This document shows positions 33,218 to 43,090 of a stretch of DNA of 64,000 nucleotides, in pieces. Made by a program: the position numbers and the translations under genes. The DNA is from a virus, in the IMG/VR virus record IMGVR_UViG_3300028393_001967. One strand, 5' to 3'. Positions within the stretch are counted from its first letter, which is position 1, and each line of letters opens with the position of its first letter. A model generated the notes under the pieces. That model worked only from the letters and a program-made list of their open reading frames with translations. It was not told where the DNA came from and did not search any database.

Positions 33218-34063
33218 ATGGCACATCATTCAAATTATTGGAGTTGTACTCCCTTTGCAGACTGGGTACGCGGCACTAAAAAACTCAGTATGGGTACCAG
33301 CGAGCAGTGGGACGAGTGGACTACCACTGCCCAAATGAAACATAACTTCCGCTACTGGTTGGCCGAAGAAGGGCTTAGCCATTTGCAAGACTTTGTAACG
33401 TGGCCTGTTAGAAAGATTTACGATGCAAAATATTACATTAACAACCGTTGGGTTAGCCGTACTCATAGTCTTACCGCTCATCCCCGGGATATTAAACCTG
33501 GCCAGTGGCAAGACGTGGGGAACCGCTTTTTGCCTTGCTTATTCAATGAGTTGGTTGATTTTATTGAAATAGAATCAGCGTGGAGTCATATTGCCTGGGG
33601 CAGCAAAGAAGACCGTGCCAAATACAACCCTCCCTTCTGGGCAACGGGTTGGTGGCGTTGGCGCACTTGGCGTTGTCCACAAGCAGGATTAGATCATCTT
33701 GACTGGGCAATGACACTTACACTTGGCAACGATATGGGTGTAGAAGAAGGTGACAAAAACTACGGACGCCCAACTGGTCAAGCATTACGTGCCAAAGAAC
33801 TTAAAGAACTATATGTATGGTGGACTGAAACTTACCGCAATCGCCCAGACCCATACGATGCTAGTGGTTGGACTGCCTACTGTGAGCTTAGCCGCTTGGC
33901 AAATGGTGGCAAATTAAATTTTAGTGGCGATAAGAGTCCTGCACTTAAAAAGGCCGGAACACAGGCACATAAGGAACTAAGAAAGATTGAAGCGGCTTAC
34001 GAAAAAGAAGATGAGCAAATGATGATTCGTTTGATTAAAGTGCGCGATGCACTATGGACTTAA
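33218..34063 (+). CDS. hypothetical Trp-rich protein
   Basis: Long ORF with its own promoter. Confidence 0.8.
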   Translation: MAHHSNYWSCTPFADWVRGTKKLSMGTSEQWDEWTTTAQMKHNFRYWLAEEGLSHLQDFVTWPVRKIYDAKYYINNRWVSRTHSLTAHPRDIKPGQWQDVGNRFLPCLFNELVDFIEIESAWSHIAWGSKEDRAKYNPPFWATGWWRWRTWRCPQAGLDHLDWAMTLTLGNDMGVEEGDKNYGRPTGQALRAKELKELYVWWTETYRNRPDPYDASGWTAYCELSRLANGGKLNFSGDKSPALKKAGTQAHKELRKIEAAYEKEDEQMMIRLIKVRDALWT

Positions 34064-34076
34064 TTGAAAGAAGTAA

Positions 34077-34316
34077 ATGACTGAAGAAAAGAAACTTAAA
34101 TTAGAATTTGCACCCGGCTGCTTTGATGATTTTGATGGCACCCAGGAAGAACTTGATGAACTAATGGAAGAGATTACTCGTATGGTCGCATCTGGCGAAA
34201 TTTTAAATCAATCACGATCAGTTGACATCGATGATTTGATTGAAGAAGATCCAGAACTTGCTCAAAAGATAATGAAATCTTTCTCCAATATTGAAACACC
34301 GAGAAATTTACAATGA
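34077..34316 (+). CDS. acidic hypothetical protein
   Basis: FAPGCFDDFDGTQEELD. Confidence 0.7.
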   Translation: MTEEKKLKLEFAPGCFDDFDGTQEELDELMEEITRMVASGEILNQSRSVDIDDLIEEDPELAQKIMKSFSNIETPRNLQ

Positions 34317-34462
34317 CTTTTAGATCTTGGTGCCAGTCTAAATGGTATGAGCATATTGATGAGTTAGAAAGTTATGGGCAAAAGTTAACCTATGACTCTA
34401 TCGAATATTTTCAAAAATACAAATGGTGGTTAAAGCGTGAGTACCGATTCCAAAATAAATAG
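34313..34462 (+). CDS. small hypothetical protein
   Basis: 49-aa ORF with ATGA overlap; not in the ORF track. Confidence 0.55.
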   Translation: MTFRSWCQSKWYEHIDELESYGQKLTYDSIEYFQKYKWWLKREYRFQNK

Positions 34463-35009
34463 CAGTCCCGAGCGTCATACTTTTCAAATGGAGGGGTATG
34501 TAAAACGTTGTGAGGAAGCAGGAAAATTACCCAATCCCGACTATGTTAATATGTATAAAACTTGGCGTGAACAGGATGAAGAAAATCTTGTAGATCCTAA
34601 ATGGCAAAAAGATAATATGGAGTATGATCTCCGTAGTACCAAATGGATTTGTGATAAGGCAAAAGAATCAGAATCTTATGCCCAAAACTTATATGCGGCA
34701 ATGTGCAATATGCAGTTTATCAAATTGGATACAATGCCAATTCTAAAGAACCAACGCTGGAGTTGCAGTTGGCGTCGCAGTGGCGGTATTGTTGCCGATA
34801 TGCGTGAATGTGGTGACTACATTAATTGGTACTGTAGCGGCATTCGAGGTGAAAACCTCACTCCAGAAGAACTGGCGGCATTTACTCCTGAACAACTTGC
34901 CCACCAAGAATTGGTAAACAAGTTTGTGGGCGAAGGTTTTGTTACTGACGAAATCCGGGAAGATTTGAAAAAACTAGGCTGGATTGCAGTGGAGTGGGAC
35001 GAAGAATAA
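34437..35009 (+). CDS. hypothetical protein
   Basis: YAQNLYAAMCN..WSCSWR..DYINWYCSG. Confidence 0.75.
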   Translation: MSTDSKINSSPERHTFQMEGYVKRCEEAGKLPNPDYVNMYKTWREQDEENLVDPKWQKDNMEYDLRSTKWICDKAKESESYAQNLYAAMCNMQFIKLDTMPILKNQRWSCSWRRSGGIVADMRECGDYINWYCSGIRGENLTPEELAAFTPEQLAHQELVNKFVGEGFVTDEIREDLKKLGWIAVEWDEE

Positions 35010-35107
35010 TGCCCTACGGGGCATTTATAGCCCCTACAGCAGGCGTAATTTAGTTAAAGCACCACATAACTACAATATCTGCTGTAGGGGCTTATAGGGG
35101 CTAGAAG

Positions 35108-35127
35108 TTATCCACAGGTTATCCACA
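35108..35127 (+). promoter_or_regulatory. tandem consensus DnaA boxes
   Basis: TTATCCACA-GG-TTATCCACA. Confidence 0.65.
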
Positions 35128-35216
35128 CCAATTTTTGATAGAAATATCAAAACTTCACTTGACTTTCCTTTAGTCAGACATTATAATAACTACATTGCAC
35201 AAATTAGGAGTTTTCC

Positions 35217-36428
35217 ATGGCAGTTGTAGCAGGCATTAAGATTAAGCCCAAAGCAAAGAAAGAAAAGATTACAAGTGTTAGCATTCGCGAAAATGCTAAA
35301 CGTGATTACAGTCCCAAATGGGATGGTGCTGTTGATATGAGCCCAACTGAATTTGCTGCTCACTTTCGTGAAGCAATGAAGTATTACAGATTGGAAAGTT
35401 CCGCAAAGGACCTTAAACCTAAGGTCATTGACTGGATGGGCCGTAATGATTACAGCCGCGAACAAATCCAAGAATTTAAGAAAACTAAAGACTGGCGTTG
35501 TAATTTGACAATGGGTGCTATTGCTGCCTGTTTGCTCAAAGGTATGCCCACTGTTAAGCAAGGTTGGAACAACAATGCTGATTCTGCAGATTGGCTTAAA
35601 GGTGAAATTGCAAAGGCTGTAGAACAAGGCAAATACGATATTGAAGAAGTGGTAGTGGACAAAACTGTTAAGGCAGTTGTTCCAACTGTTACTATCCAAG
35701 ACCGCATCCGTGATCAAGCAGTTACTATGAGCGACGAACTTGATGCGGCAATTGACAGTTGGATTACAGATCCCGAAGCATTTGATCCTAAAGATATCAA
35801 AATTGTTAGCCTTTTGCGTGGCAAGGGTGCCAAGGCTGCACAGGCTCGCTATATCAAGAGTTTCTTTGCTCGTGGTTTGTCGGAGTTGCAGGAACTGGCT
35901 AGTGGCAATGCTGACGATCAATTGCGTGAAGGCTACAAGCACGTCAGTCGTAAGAACGTTAAAAAATTGATTGAGTTTTACGAAAGCATTGCACAGGCTT
36001 GCGAGCAGATTGCCGCAGAAGCCAAAGTGATGAAGAAGCCACGTGCTAAGAAGATTGTGCCAGCAGACAAGTTGGTTGCTAAGGTCAAGTTTAAAACAGT
36101 TGACGACAAGTTGGGCATTGTTAGCGTCCCAGTAGTGGGTTTGATTGGTGCTCAAAGTGCAGTAGTGTTCAATACTAAGACTCGTAAGTTAGGCATTTAT
36201 GTTGCTAAAACTAGCGCAGGATTGAGTGTTAAGGGTACTACCATTACAGAGTTTACCGAAAAGAGTATGCAAAAGACTTTGCGTAAGCCTGCTGAACAGA
36301 TTAAAGAGTTCAAAGAGCAGAACACTCAACGCAGAGTTGACACTTGGTTTGGTAAGATCAAAGCAATGGAAACTGTTATGAATGGTCGTATGTCTGAAGA
36401 CATTGTACTGTTGAAGGTGTACAAATGA
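35217..36428 (+). CDS. basic hypothetical protein
   Basis: 403-aa ORF; promoter and AGGAG RBS. Confidence 0.85.
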   Translation: MAVVAGIKIKPKAKKEKITSVSIRENAKRDYSPKWDGAVDMSPTEFAAHFREAMKYYRLESSAKDLKPKVIDWMGRNDYSREQIQEFKKTKDWRCNLTMGAIAACLLKGMPTVKQGWNNNADSADWLKGEIAKAVEQGKYDIEEVVVDKTVKAVVPTVTIQDRIRDQAVTMSDELDAAIDSWITDPEAFDPKDIKIVSLLRGKGAKAAQARYIKSFFARGLSELQELASGNADDQLREGYKHVSRKNVKKLIEFYESIAQACEQIAAEAKVMKKPRAKKIVPADKLVAKVKFKTVDDKLGIVSVPVVGLIGAQSAVVFNTKTRKLGIYVAKTSAGLSVKGTTITEFTEKSMQKTLRKPAEQIKEFKEQNTQRRVDTWFGKIKAMETVMNGRMSEDIVLLKVYK

Positions 36429-36676
36429 ACGACAAGTTCGATAGTCAACTATACAGTGCTGGCCTAACGGCCAGTGGCTGTTGGGACAAAATGGACAAGT
36501 ATGATCAAGAAGCAATTATTAAATTTGGCGACATCATTATTCAACAGTGCATTGAACTAATTGAACAATCCAGTAAACATTGTTCAATTACAACTTTTGA
36601 TAAGAGTGTGGTTGACTGCACCAAGGAATCTGCTGTACAATTAATTAAACAACATTTTTACCCTGAAGGAAAATAA
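36425..36676 (+). CDS. hypothetical protein, distant KQHF family member
   Basis: FGDIIIQQC..IKQHF. Confidence 0.65.
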   Translation: MNDKFDSQLYSAGLTASGCWDKMDKYDQEAIIKFGDIIIQQCIELIEQSSKHCSITTFDKSVVDCTKESAVQLIKQHFYPEGK

Positions 36677-36677
36677 A

Positions 36678-37235
36678 ATGCTCACAATGAAAGAATGGAT
36701 GGAATTGGTAGACTATAAAATCACTGAAGGTAGTGTTTATGGTTGGACTTGCTACGGCCCAAATGCTTATATTCTAAGCAGTTGGAATGGTGTTCACGGC
36801 GCAGGTGGATACAGTTTTGATATTATTTTCAGCACAAAGACCCAAAAGGTATATGAAGTGTGCGTACACGACTATACCAATGATCGTGCATATCGTATGA
36901 TTGCGGAAACCAAGCGTGAAAAGCATCGTAAGGAAGCTGAACATAAAAGTGTTCTAGCCAATCAAGCGTGGGACGATGTTGACTATGTGGATTTGGAAGT
37001 TGTAGAAGACTTTATTGAAAAGGCGCAAGCCATTATGGCAGGTGAGGACTATGACACTTGTATTAGTGTGCCTTTGGATCTCCCTAATGATCTATTGTTG
37101 GAGGCAGCATTGAACGCACACCGCCAAAATATTACTCTTAACGAGTACATCAATAACGCATTGCGCGAAATGTTGGTAGAATTTGAGCGTGATCCAGAAG
37201 GTGTCAAGGCTCGTTTATTGAAAGATGCAGAATGA
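36678..37235 (+). CDS. hypothetical protein with RHH/HicB-like C-terminus
   Basis: AHRQNITLNEYINNAL. Confidence 0.7.
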   Translation: MLTMKEWMELVDYKITEGSVYGWTCYGPNAYILSSWNGVHGAGGYSFDIIFSTKTQKVYEVCVHDYTNDRAYRMIAETKREKHRKEAEHKSVLANQAWDDVDYVDLEVVEDFIEKAQAIMAGEDYDTCISVPLDLPNDLLLEAALNAHRQNITLNEYINNALREMLVEFERDPEGVKARLLKDAE

Positions 37236-37657
37236 AAATTGGACTTAGTTACAGCCGTTGTATCCGTGACATTGTTGAAGGTCGAGTGGATATGCAAGAT
37301 GTATTGGTTGTTATTGCCCGTACAAACTTTGATCCTAACAATGACGAACAGTGGAGTGGGATCTGGGCGGGATATTGCCAAGGTGGGATGAGTGCGGCCG
37401 AATGGAGAGATTACGATTTTTACAATCCTGAAGATGAAGCAAAGTTTCGACAAGTTAGTATTGACTTGTGGGAACAAGGCAAGTTTCATCAGCCCCGCAA
37501 GTTTGGAGCACATCCGTTACGCCGAAGTGAGTATTGGTTGGAGACCTGCTTGCCCGACAGTGAGTTGGAACATAATCCAGCCGCAAAGATTGCTTGGGAT
37601 AATTTCCAAGTAGTTGCTGGGTTGTCTAATATTAAGATGGATAAGGAATATCAATAA
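37232..37657 (+). CDS. hypothetical protein
   Basis: ATGA overlap. Confidence 0.75.
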   Translation: MKIGLSYSRCIRDIVEGRVDMQDVLVVIARTNFDPNNDEQWSGIWAGYCQGGMSAAEWRDYDFYNPEDEAKFRQVSIDLWEQGKFHQPRKFGAHPLRRSEYWLETCLPDSELEHNPAAKIAWDNFQVVAGLSNIKMDKEYQ

Positions 37658-37896
37658 TGTTTGATTGGTTTAAAAAGCCTGACTACAGTAACGTGGTTAA
37701 GTTTCCGGCGCCAGTGCCATATATTGAACCTGCCAAAGAAGAGCATACACCAGATTCCATTTACAGTATTGGTATGACTGCTGAATGTACACATATGACT
37801 TTGAAAATGGGATATAGTACACTTACTATGACCAAATCAGGCTGTCAAAATCTTATCGATCAACTTGAAGTATTTAAAAATCAACTAACAGATTAA
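37657..37896 (+). CDS. hypothetical protein
   Basis: TAATG coupling. Confidence 0.65.
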   Translation: MFDWFKKPDYSNVVKFPAPVPYIEPAKEEHTPDSIYSIGMTAECTHMTLKMGYSTLTMTKSGCQNLIDQLEVFKNQLTD

Positions 37897-37909
37897 CAAA
37901 GGAAAAATA

Positions 37910-38533
37910 ATGTATAATAACCTAATCCCAATGGTGGTCGAGAAGACCGGTCAAGGCGAACGTGCTTTTGATATTTTTAGTCGCTTGCTTAATGAGCGCA
38001 TTGTTTTCCTAAATGGTCCAGTTGATGATCATAGTGCTAACATTGTAGTTGCACAATTGCTACATTTGGAAAGTGCCGACAGCGAAAAGGACATTCACTT
38101 GTACATTAACAGCCCCGGTGGATTAGTTACTGCTGGACTTAGCGTTTATGATGTAATGCAATTTGTTAAACCGGATGTATGTACTTATGTTATGGGACAG
38201 GCCGCTAGTATGGGCTCGTTCCTTGCCAATGCAGGTGCTGCCGGTAAACGATTTGTATTGCCTGAATCACGCACAATGGTACATCGTGTTAGTTCAGGTA
38301 CACGTGGTACAAGTGGCAGTGTACACGTTCAAGAACTGCAATTTGAAGATGCCAAACGTAGTTTTGAAGAAAGTCAACGTATTAACAAACGCTTAACTGA
38401 ACTATATGTCAAACACAATACTGCTGGCAAAACTTATGAAGAAATGTTTTCTACTATGAAGTTTGATACATTCTTGAGTGCTGAAGAAGCAGTTGCATAC
38501 GGGTTGGCCGATAAGGTTGTTCAAAGCCGTTAA
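37910..38533 (+). CDS. clpP: ATP-dependent Clp protease proteolytic subunit
   Basis: [27 protein letters not shown], catalytic H and [12 protein letters not shown]. Confidence 0.95.
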   Translation: MYNNLIPMVVEKTGQGERAFDIFSRLLNERIVFLNGPVDDHSANIVVAQLLHLESADSEKDIHLYINSPGGLVTAGLSVYDVMQFVKPDVCTYVMGQAASMGSFLANAGAAGKRFVLPESRTMVHRVSSGTRGTSGSVHVQELQFEDAKRSFEESQRINKRLTELYVKHNTAGKTYEEMFSTMKFDTFLSAEEAVAYGLADKVVQSR

Positions 38534-38592
38534 CCAATAACTAAACTTGATCCTAAAGTACAGTAAATAATTATGTACTTTAGGAAATAACT

Positions 38593-38775
38593 ATGTCAAT
38601 ACAGGAATATTATTTAATACTAACATTACTATTCCTGGGAGGATTTGTAGGCTGGGTTTTATTCATATATACACTGATAAAAGTAATTTCCAGTCATCGA
38701 ATAGAAATAACAATGATAGAAGAAATTTCCGTAGAACTCAAAAAAGTTAAAGACGAATTACAGACACTTAAATAG
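38593..38775 (+). CDS. small membrane protein
   Basis: N-terminal TM segment; AGGA RBS. Confidence 0.55.
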   Translation: MSIQEYYLILTLLFLGGFVGWVLFIYTLIKVISSHRIEITMIEEISVELKKVKDELQTLK

Positions 38776-38780
38776 TGTTA

Positions 38781-38845
38781 ACCGGCCTTCGGCGTTCATC
38801 CCGGTATACAAACTCTGCCGCCTATGCTATAATTATACATAGGAG
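38781..38845 (+). promoter_or_regulatory. preQ1-I-like riboswitch candidate with RBS-sequestering hairpin
   Basis: P1 ACCGG/CCGGT, tail ATACAAAC, loop-tail pseudoknot CGGC/GCCG, CCTATG/CATAGG over AGGAG; sits upstream of queD. Confidence 0.55.
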
Positions 38846-38851
38846 AACATA

Positions 38852-39334
38852 ATGGCAAAGAAATATTTCAGTACAAAAACATACAAGCAAATCGGCCCCG
38901 TTGCATATCGTCAATGGCGTGCCCAAAGTCACTGTAATCTAATTCACGGTTACGCAATGAGTTTCCACTTTGAATTTGAGTGTGATACACTTGATGCTAG
39001 AAACTGGTGTACAGACTTTGGCGGGTTGAAACCACTTAAGGCAAATCTTGAAGAGTGGTTTGATCATACTTTGTTGGTCGCACAAGATGATCCAATGCGT
39101 GAACACTTGTTGGAACTTGGTCGTTTGAAACTTGCTAAAATTACAGAAGTTGAAAAGACTGGCTGCGAAGGACTTGCTGACTTCTTGTATGAATATGTAA
39201 ACACAATCTTTTTACCCAACTGTGGTAGTGAAGAAGCCCAACGTGTTTGGTGCTGTAAAGTAGAAGTTCGTGAAACTGATAGCAATATGGCCGGTCGTCA
39301 AGGACACCGCGAGGACAATGAATTTCAGGATTGA
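38852..39334 (+). CDS. queD: 6-carboxytetrahydropterin synthase (PTPS family)
   Basis: HCNLIHGY, DFGGLK, FDHTLL, GCEGLA, VRET. Confidence 0.88.
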   Translation: MAKKYFSTKTYKQIGPVAYRQWRAQSHCNLIHGYAMSFHFEFECDTLDARNWCTDFGGLKPLKANLEEWFDHTLLVAQDDPMREHLLELGRLKLAKITEVEKTGCEGLADFLYEYVNTIFLPNCGSEEAQRVWCCKVEVRETDSNMAGRQGHREDNEFQD

Positions 39335-39337
39335 TCT

Positions 39338-39484
39338 ATGTTAGATAAAGAATGGTTAGAAAAAGTAACATTGGCATATAAAGTTTATGGTACAGAAGTG
39401 GGGCCAAAATTAGACATTGAAAATTTTATTGCTTGGTTGTATCGCCAATACGGAATAGAAGAAAATAAAAAGGATAACAAATGA
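39338..39484 (+). CDS. small hypothetical protein
   Basis: 48-aa ORF filling the gap; ATGA overlap downstream. Confidence 0.5.
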   Translation: MLDKEWLEKVTLAYKVYGTEVGPKLDIENFIAWLYRQYGIEENKKDNK

Positions 39485-39969
39485 AAATTGGTTTTAACTG
39501 TAGCAGTTTTGATTTATTACACGCAGGGCACGTTACTATGCTCAAAATGGAAAAACAACTTTGTGACTATTTGATAGTTGCATTACAAATTGATCCAACT
39601 ATTGATCGACCTGGTGTTAAAAATAAACCAGTACAAAGTTCATATGAACGTTATGTACAATTGCAAGCCTGTAAGTATGTAGATGAAATTTTAGTTTATG
39701 AAACTGAATTTGATCTACTACAACTATTGCAAACACAAACTATTCACATTCGTTTTTTAAGTGATGAATATTTGAATAGAGACTTTACCGGCAAGCAATG
39801 GTGTATGAACAATGGTATTGAATTACATTATCACAAGCGCGATCACATTTATGGTTCTAGCGAACTTCGTGAAAGAACAGCAAGACTTGAAAATGCTAAA
39901 AAAATAGGCAGCAATAAAGAAGCCGACTTACCACAACACTCACCTGAACTTATAAAGGCACCAGAATGA
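39481..39969 (+). CDS. TagD-like cytidylyltransferase
   Basis: SSFDLLHAGH; R..SS motif. Confidence 0.85.
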   Translation: MKIGFNCSSFDLLHAGHVTMLKMEKQLCDYLIVALQIDPTIDRPGVKNKPVQSSYERYVQLQACKYVDEILVYETEFDLLQLLQTQTIHIRFLSDEYLNRDFTGKQWCMNNGIELHYHKRDHIYGSSELRERTARLENAKKIGSNKEADLPQHSPELIKAPE

Positions 39970-40745
39970 TTACTCTTATTGGACACGGTTATGTAGCCAA
40001 TCACATTTCCCACGAACTTTTCAATCAACGACGATCGTATAATTGGATTAGTCACACGGACGCACTTCCTGAAGATACAACTGTCATTATCAATGCTGCT
40101 GGATATACTGGCGCACCTAATGTTGATGCTTGTGAAATTTACAAACAAGACACAATTAGTGGCAATGTGATTTGGCCAGTACAACTTGAATTGGCAAATC
40201 CTAATATTCCTATTGTGCATATCAGCAGTGGGTGTGTTTATACAGGGTATGATAAACATTTTACTGAACTAGACGAGCCTAACTTCAATTTTGATAATGG
40301 AAGTTTTTATAGCGGATCAAAATCACTTGGTCAGAAAATGCTTGAGCCATTTATGCACAAGAGTTATTTGTTGCGTATTCGTATGCCATTTGGTGATTAC
40401 GAACATCCTAAAAACTTCTTGACCAAAATGAAGAAGTACAACAAATTGATCAGTTACGATAACAGTTTGAGTTATATGCCGGATGTTGCTGCCGTTGCAG
40501 TAAAGATGGCAGTTGATCAAACTATACCTACAGGAATTTACAATGTATGTAATCCTGGATTTAGTAATGCTCAAGAAATTGTCAGTATGATGGGCATTGA
40601 AAAAGAATTCTTCACTGAAGATGAATTTGTTAATGCAGTTGTTGCTCCGCGAAGTAACTGTATTTTATCAACGGATAAATTACAGGCGGTGTTTCCAATT
40701 CGTCCAATTGCAGATGCTTTGAAAGAAGCAATCAGCAAACTATGA
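39966..40745 (+). CDS. NDP-sugar reductase/epimerase (RmlD-like)
   Basis: [30 protein letters not shown]. Confidence 0.85.
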   Translation: MITLIGHGYVANHISHELFNQRRSYNWISHTDALPEDTTVIINAAGYTGAPNVDACEIYKQDTISGNVIWPVQLELANPNIPIVHISSGCVYTGYDKHFTELDEPNFNFDNGSFYSGSKSLGQKMLEPFMHKSYLLRIRMPFGDYEHPKNFLTKMKKYNKLISYDNSLSYMPDVAAVAVKMAVDQTIPTGIYNVCNPGFSNAQEIVSMMGIEKEFFTEDEFVNAVVAPRSNCILSTDKLQAVFPIRPIADALKEAISKL

Positions 40746-41668
40746 AAAAAATCCTAGTAACTGGTGGTGCTGGATTTCTTGGTAGCCACCTGTGTGATAG
40801 ATTAGTTGCACAAGGTCATCACGTTCTTTGTGTGGACAATTATTTTACAGGCAGCAAAAAAAATATCGAACATTTACTTGACTGCAAAAATTTTGAAATT
40901 ATTCGTCAAGATATTTGTATCCCACTATATGTTGAAGTAGATGAAATTTACAATTTAGCCTGTCCCGCAAGTCCACAACATTATCAGCACGATCCAATAC
41001 AGACAATGAAGACTAGTGTCATCGGTGCGTTCAATATGTTGGGTCTGGCCAAACGAACTGGTGCTAGGATTTTACAGGCCAGTACCAGCGAATGTTACGG
41101 CGATCCTACTGTACATCCGCAACCAGAAGAATATTGGGGCAATGTAAATCCAATCGGCATTCGTAGTTGCTACGATGAAGGCAAACGTGCTGCTGAAACC
41201 CTGTTTATGGATTACCATCGTAAACACAATGTTGATGTAAAGATTATGCGTATCTTCAATACCTACGGTCCAAGAATGGCCATAGGCGATGGACGAGTAG
41301 TTAGTAATTTTATCGTTCAAGCCCTACGCGGGGAAGATATCACAATTTACGGCGATGGTGGTCAAACTCGTAGTTTTTGTTATTTTGAAGATAATTTGGA
41401 TGGTATGATGTCACTTATGGCCAGTAATGAACACGGTCCAATTAATATTGGCAATCCTGGAGAATTTACTATCAAAGAACTGGCCGAAACTGTTATTGAG
41501 ATGACTAATAGTGCCAGTAAAATCATTTACTTGCCACTACCACAAGATGATCCAAAACAACGGAAACCTGATATTACCAAGGCTAAGATGATATTGAATT
41601 GGGAACCATCAGTGATATTGGCAAATGGTCTAGTTGATACGATTGACTATTTCCGTAAAATAGTGTAA
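40742..41668 (+). CDS. UDP-glucuronate decarboxylase (UDP-xylose synthase)
   Basis: [39 protein letters not shown]. Confidence 0.92.
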   Translation: MKKILVTGGAGFLGSHLCDRLVAQGHHVLCVDNYFTGSKKNIEHLLDCKNFEIIRQDICIPLYVEVDEIYNLACPASPQHYQHDPIQTMKTSVIGAFNMLGLAKRTGARILQASTSECYGDPTVHPQPEEYWGNVNPIGIRSCYDEGKRAAETLFMDYHRKHNVDVKIMRIFNTYGPRMAIGDGRVVSNFIVQALRGEDITIYGDGGQTRSFCYFEDNLDGMMSLMASNEHGPINIGNPGEFTIKELAETVIEMTNSASKIIYLPLPQDDPKQRKPDITKAKMILNWEPSVILANGLVDTIDYFRKIV

Positions 41669-41692
41669 AATAGTGTTTTACAAGGAGTTATT

Positions 41693-41869
41693 ATGAGCGA
41701 ATTTCGTAATTGGTATGTTCGAAATCAAGATGCAATTACTTGGTTTATTATTGGTTGGTTGTCTCTATCGTGTATTGACAACTTAACTAATGGAAGTTAT
41801 TTTTGGGCTACATTTGATGCAGTCATTGTTTTCATTAATTTAAAACTTAACGACATTCGACTACAATGA
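41693..41869 (+). CDS. small membrane protein
   Basis: 58-aa ORF with AAGGAG RBS; not in the ORF track. Confidence 0.6.
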   Translation: MSEFRNWYVRNQDAITWFIIGWLSLSCIDNLTNGSYFWATFDAVIVFINLKLNDIRLQ

Positions 41870-42036
41870 CCCAATGGACGGTAACTGTTGAAGAGGCAGA
41901 TGATGGCAGCGGTGATCTAGTACTGCCATTACCTCAAGAACTATTAGATCAAGTTGGTTGGAAAGAAGCCGATACATTGGAATGGGTTGACAACAAAGAC
42001 GGTTCATGGTCTATTCAGAAAGTTATTAATGATTAA
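41866..42036 (+). CDS. AbrB/MazE-like small DNA-binding protein
   Basis: GDLVLPLPQELLDQVGWKEADTLEW; not in the ORF track. Confidence 0.65.
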   Translation: MTQWTVTVEEADDGSGDLVLPLPQELLDQVGWKEADTLEWVDNKDGSWSIQKVIND

Positions 42037-43045
42037 ACGTATTGGTTTTGCGTGTAAGTGGATTGATCGTCCAGATCAAGTTGACGGTGTTGGTGCTAAC
42101 GACGATGCCAAACAATATACTACAGGCGGCACTACAATCACCTGGCTTGACAGACAAACTAAAGATGTTGCTGAACAAAAACTCTGGGATCTTATGGTCC
42201 AAAACATTGAATCTGTTCGTAAGTTGGTTGAACGAGTTTCCACATTAGACCCACATTTGCGTATGGTGCGTATAAGCAGTGATATTCTACCTGCTTATAC
42301 CCACGCTAATTGGAGTTATTTTTGGTTACGTCCAGATGTTATTGATTATCTCGAGCGTAACTTTGCAGTAGTGGGTGATATTGCTCGTGCCAATGATGTC
42401 AGGCTTAGTATGCATCCAGGCCAGTTTGTTGTTCTAGCAAGCGTCAATCCGGGTATTGTACAACGTTCAATAGAAGAATTTGAATACCACGCTAGTATGG
42501 CACGGTGGATGGGCTACGGTAAAACGTTTCAAGATTTTAAAATTAATGTACACATTTCTGGCAAGTTGGGTCCAGATGGTATTCGTGCCGCATATGACCG
42601 ACTTAGTAATGAAGCAAGAAATTGCATCACAATTGAAAATGAAGAAAATGCTTGGGGATTAGATGATTGTCTTTCTATTAGTGACTTGGTGCCTATCGTT
42701 TTGGATGTGCATCACAATTGGATCAAAACAGGCGATTACATTTCGCCCGTGGACGCTCGTGTCGATCGGGTTATTCAGTCTTGGCGTGGTATCCGGCCTA
42801 CTATGCACTATTCTGTTAGCCGTGAAGATTACCTCGTGGGTCATGACACTATTGTAATGCCAGATCATTCTGCATTACTTGCACAAGGCTACAAAAAACA
42901 AAAACTTAGGGCACACAGTGATTTTTATTGGAATAAATCTGTAAATGATTGGGCTTTATCATTTAATGATAAGTTTGATATTATGTGCGAATCTAAAGGA
43001 AAAAACATTGCCAGTTTTGCATTGGCCGATCAGTTAAAAAGATAA
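42029..43045 (+). CDS. uvsE: UV damage endonuclease
   Basis: RIGFACK, RISSD, SMHPGQF, IENEE, LDVHH, AHSD; start moved to ATG 42029. Confidence 0.92.
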   Translation: MIKRIGFACKWIDRPDQVDGVGANDDAKQYTTGGTTITWLDRQTKDVAEQKLWDLMVQNIESVRKLVERVSTLDPHLRMVRISSDILPAYTHANWSYFWLRPDVIDYLERNFAVVGDIARANDVRLSMHPGQFVVLASVNPGIVQRSIEEFEYHASMARWMGYGKTFQDFKINVHISGKLGPDGIRAAYDRLSNEARNCITIENEENAWGLDDCLSISDLVPIVLDVHHNWIKTGDYISPVDARVDRVIQSWRGIRPTMHYSVSREDYLVGHDTIVMPDHSALLAQGYKKQKLRAHSDFYWNKSVNDWALSFNDKFDIMCESKGKNIASFALADQLKR

Positions 43046-43090
43046 ACAAGTATATTAATAAAAATATATTTAAATTTAGGAAAGAACAGA

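Noticed and set aside
35190-36155. 321-aa minus-strand ORF and similar antisense ORFs across the window
   Set aside because: Antisense shadows of codon-biased + strand genes
28516-39334. Complete 7-deazaguanine DNA modification cluster
   Set aside because: Only folE and queD are in the window; queC, queE and dpdA are not visible, so the end product cannot be called
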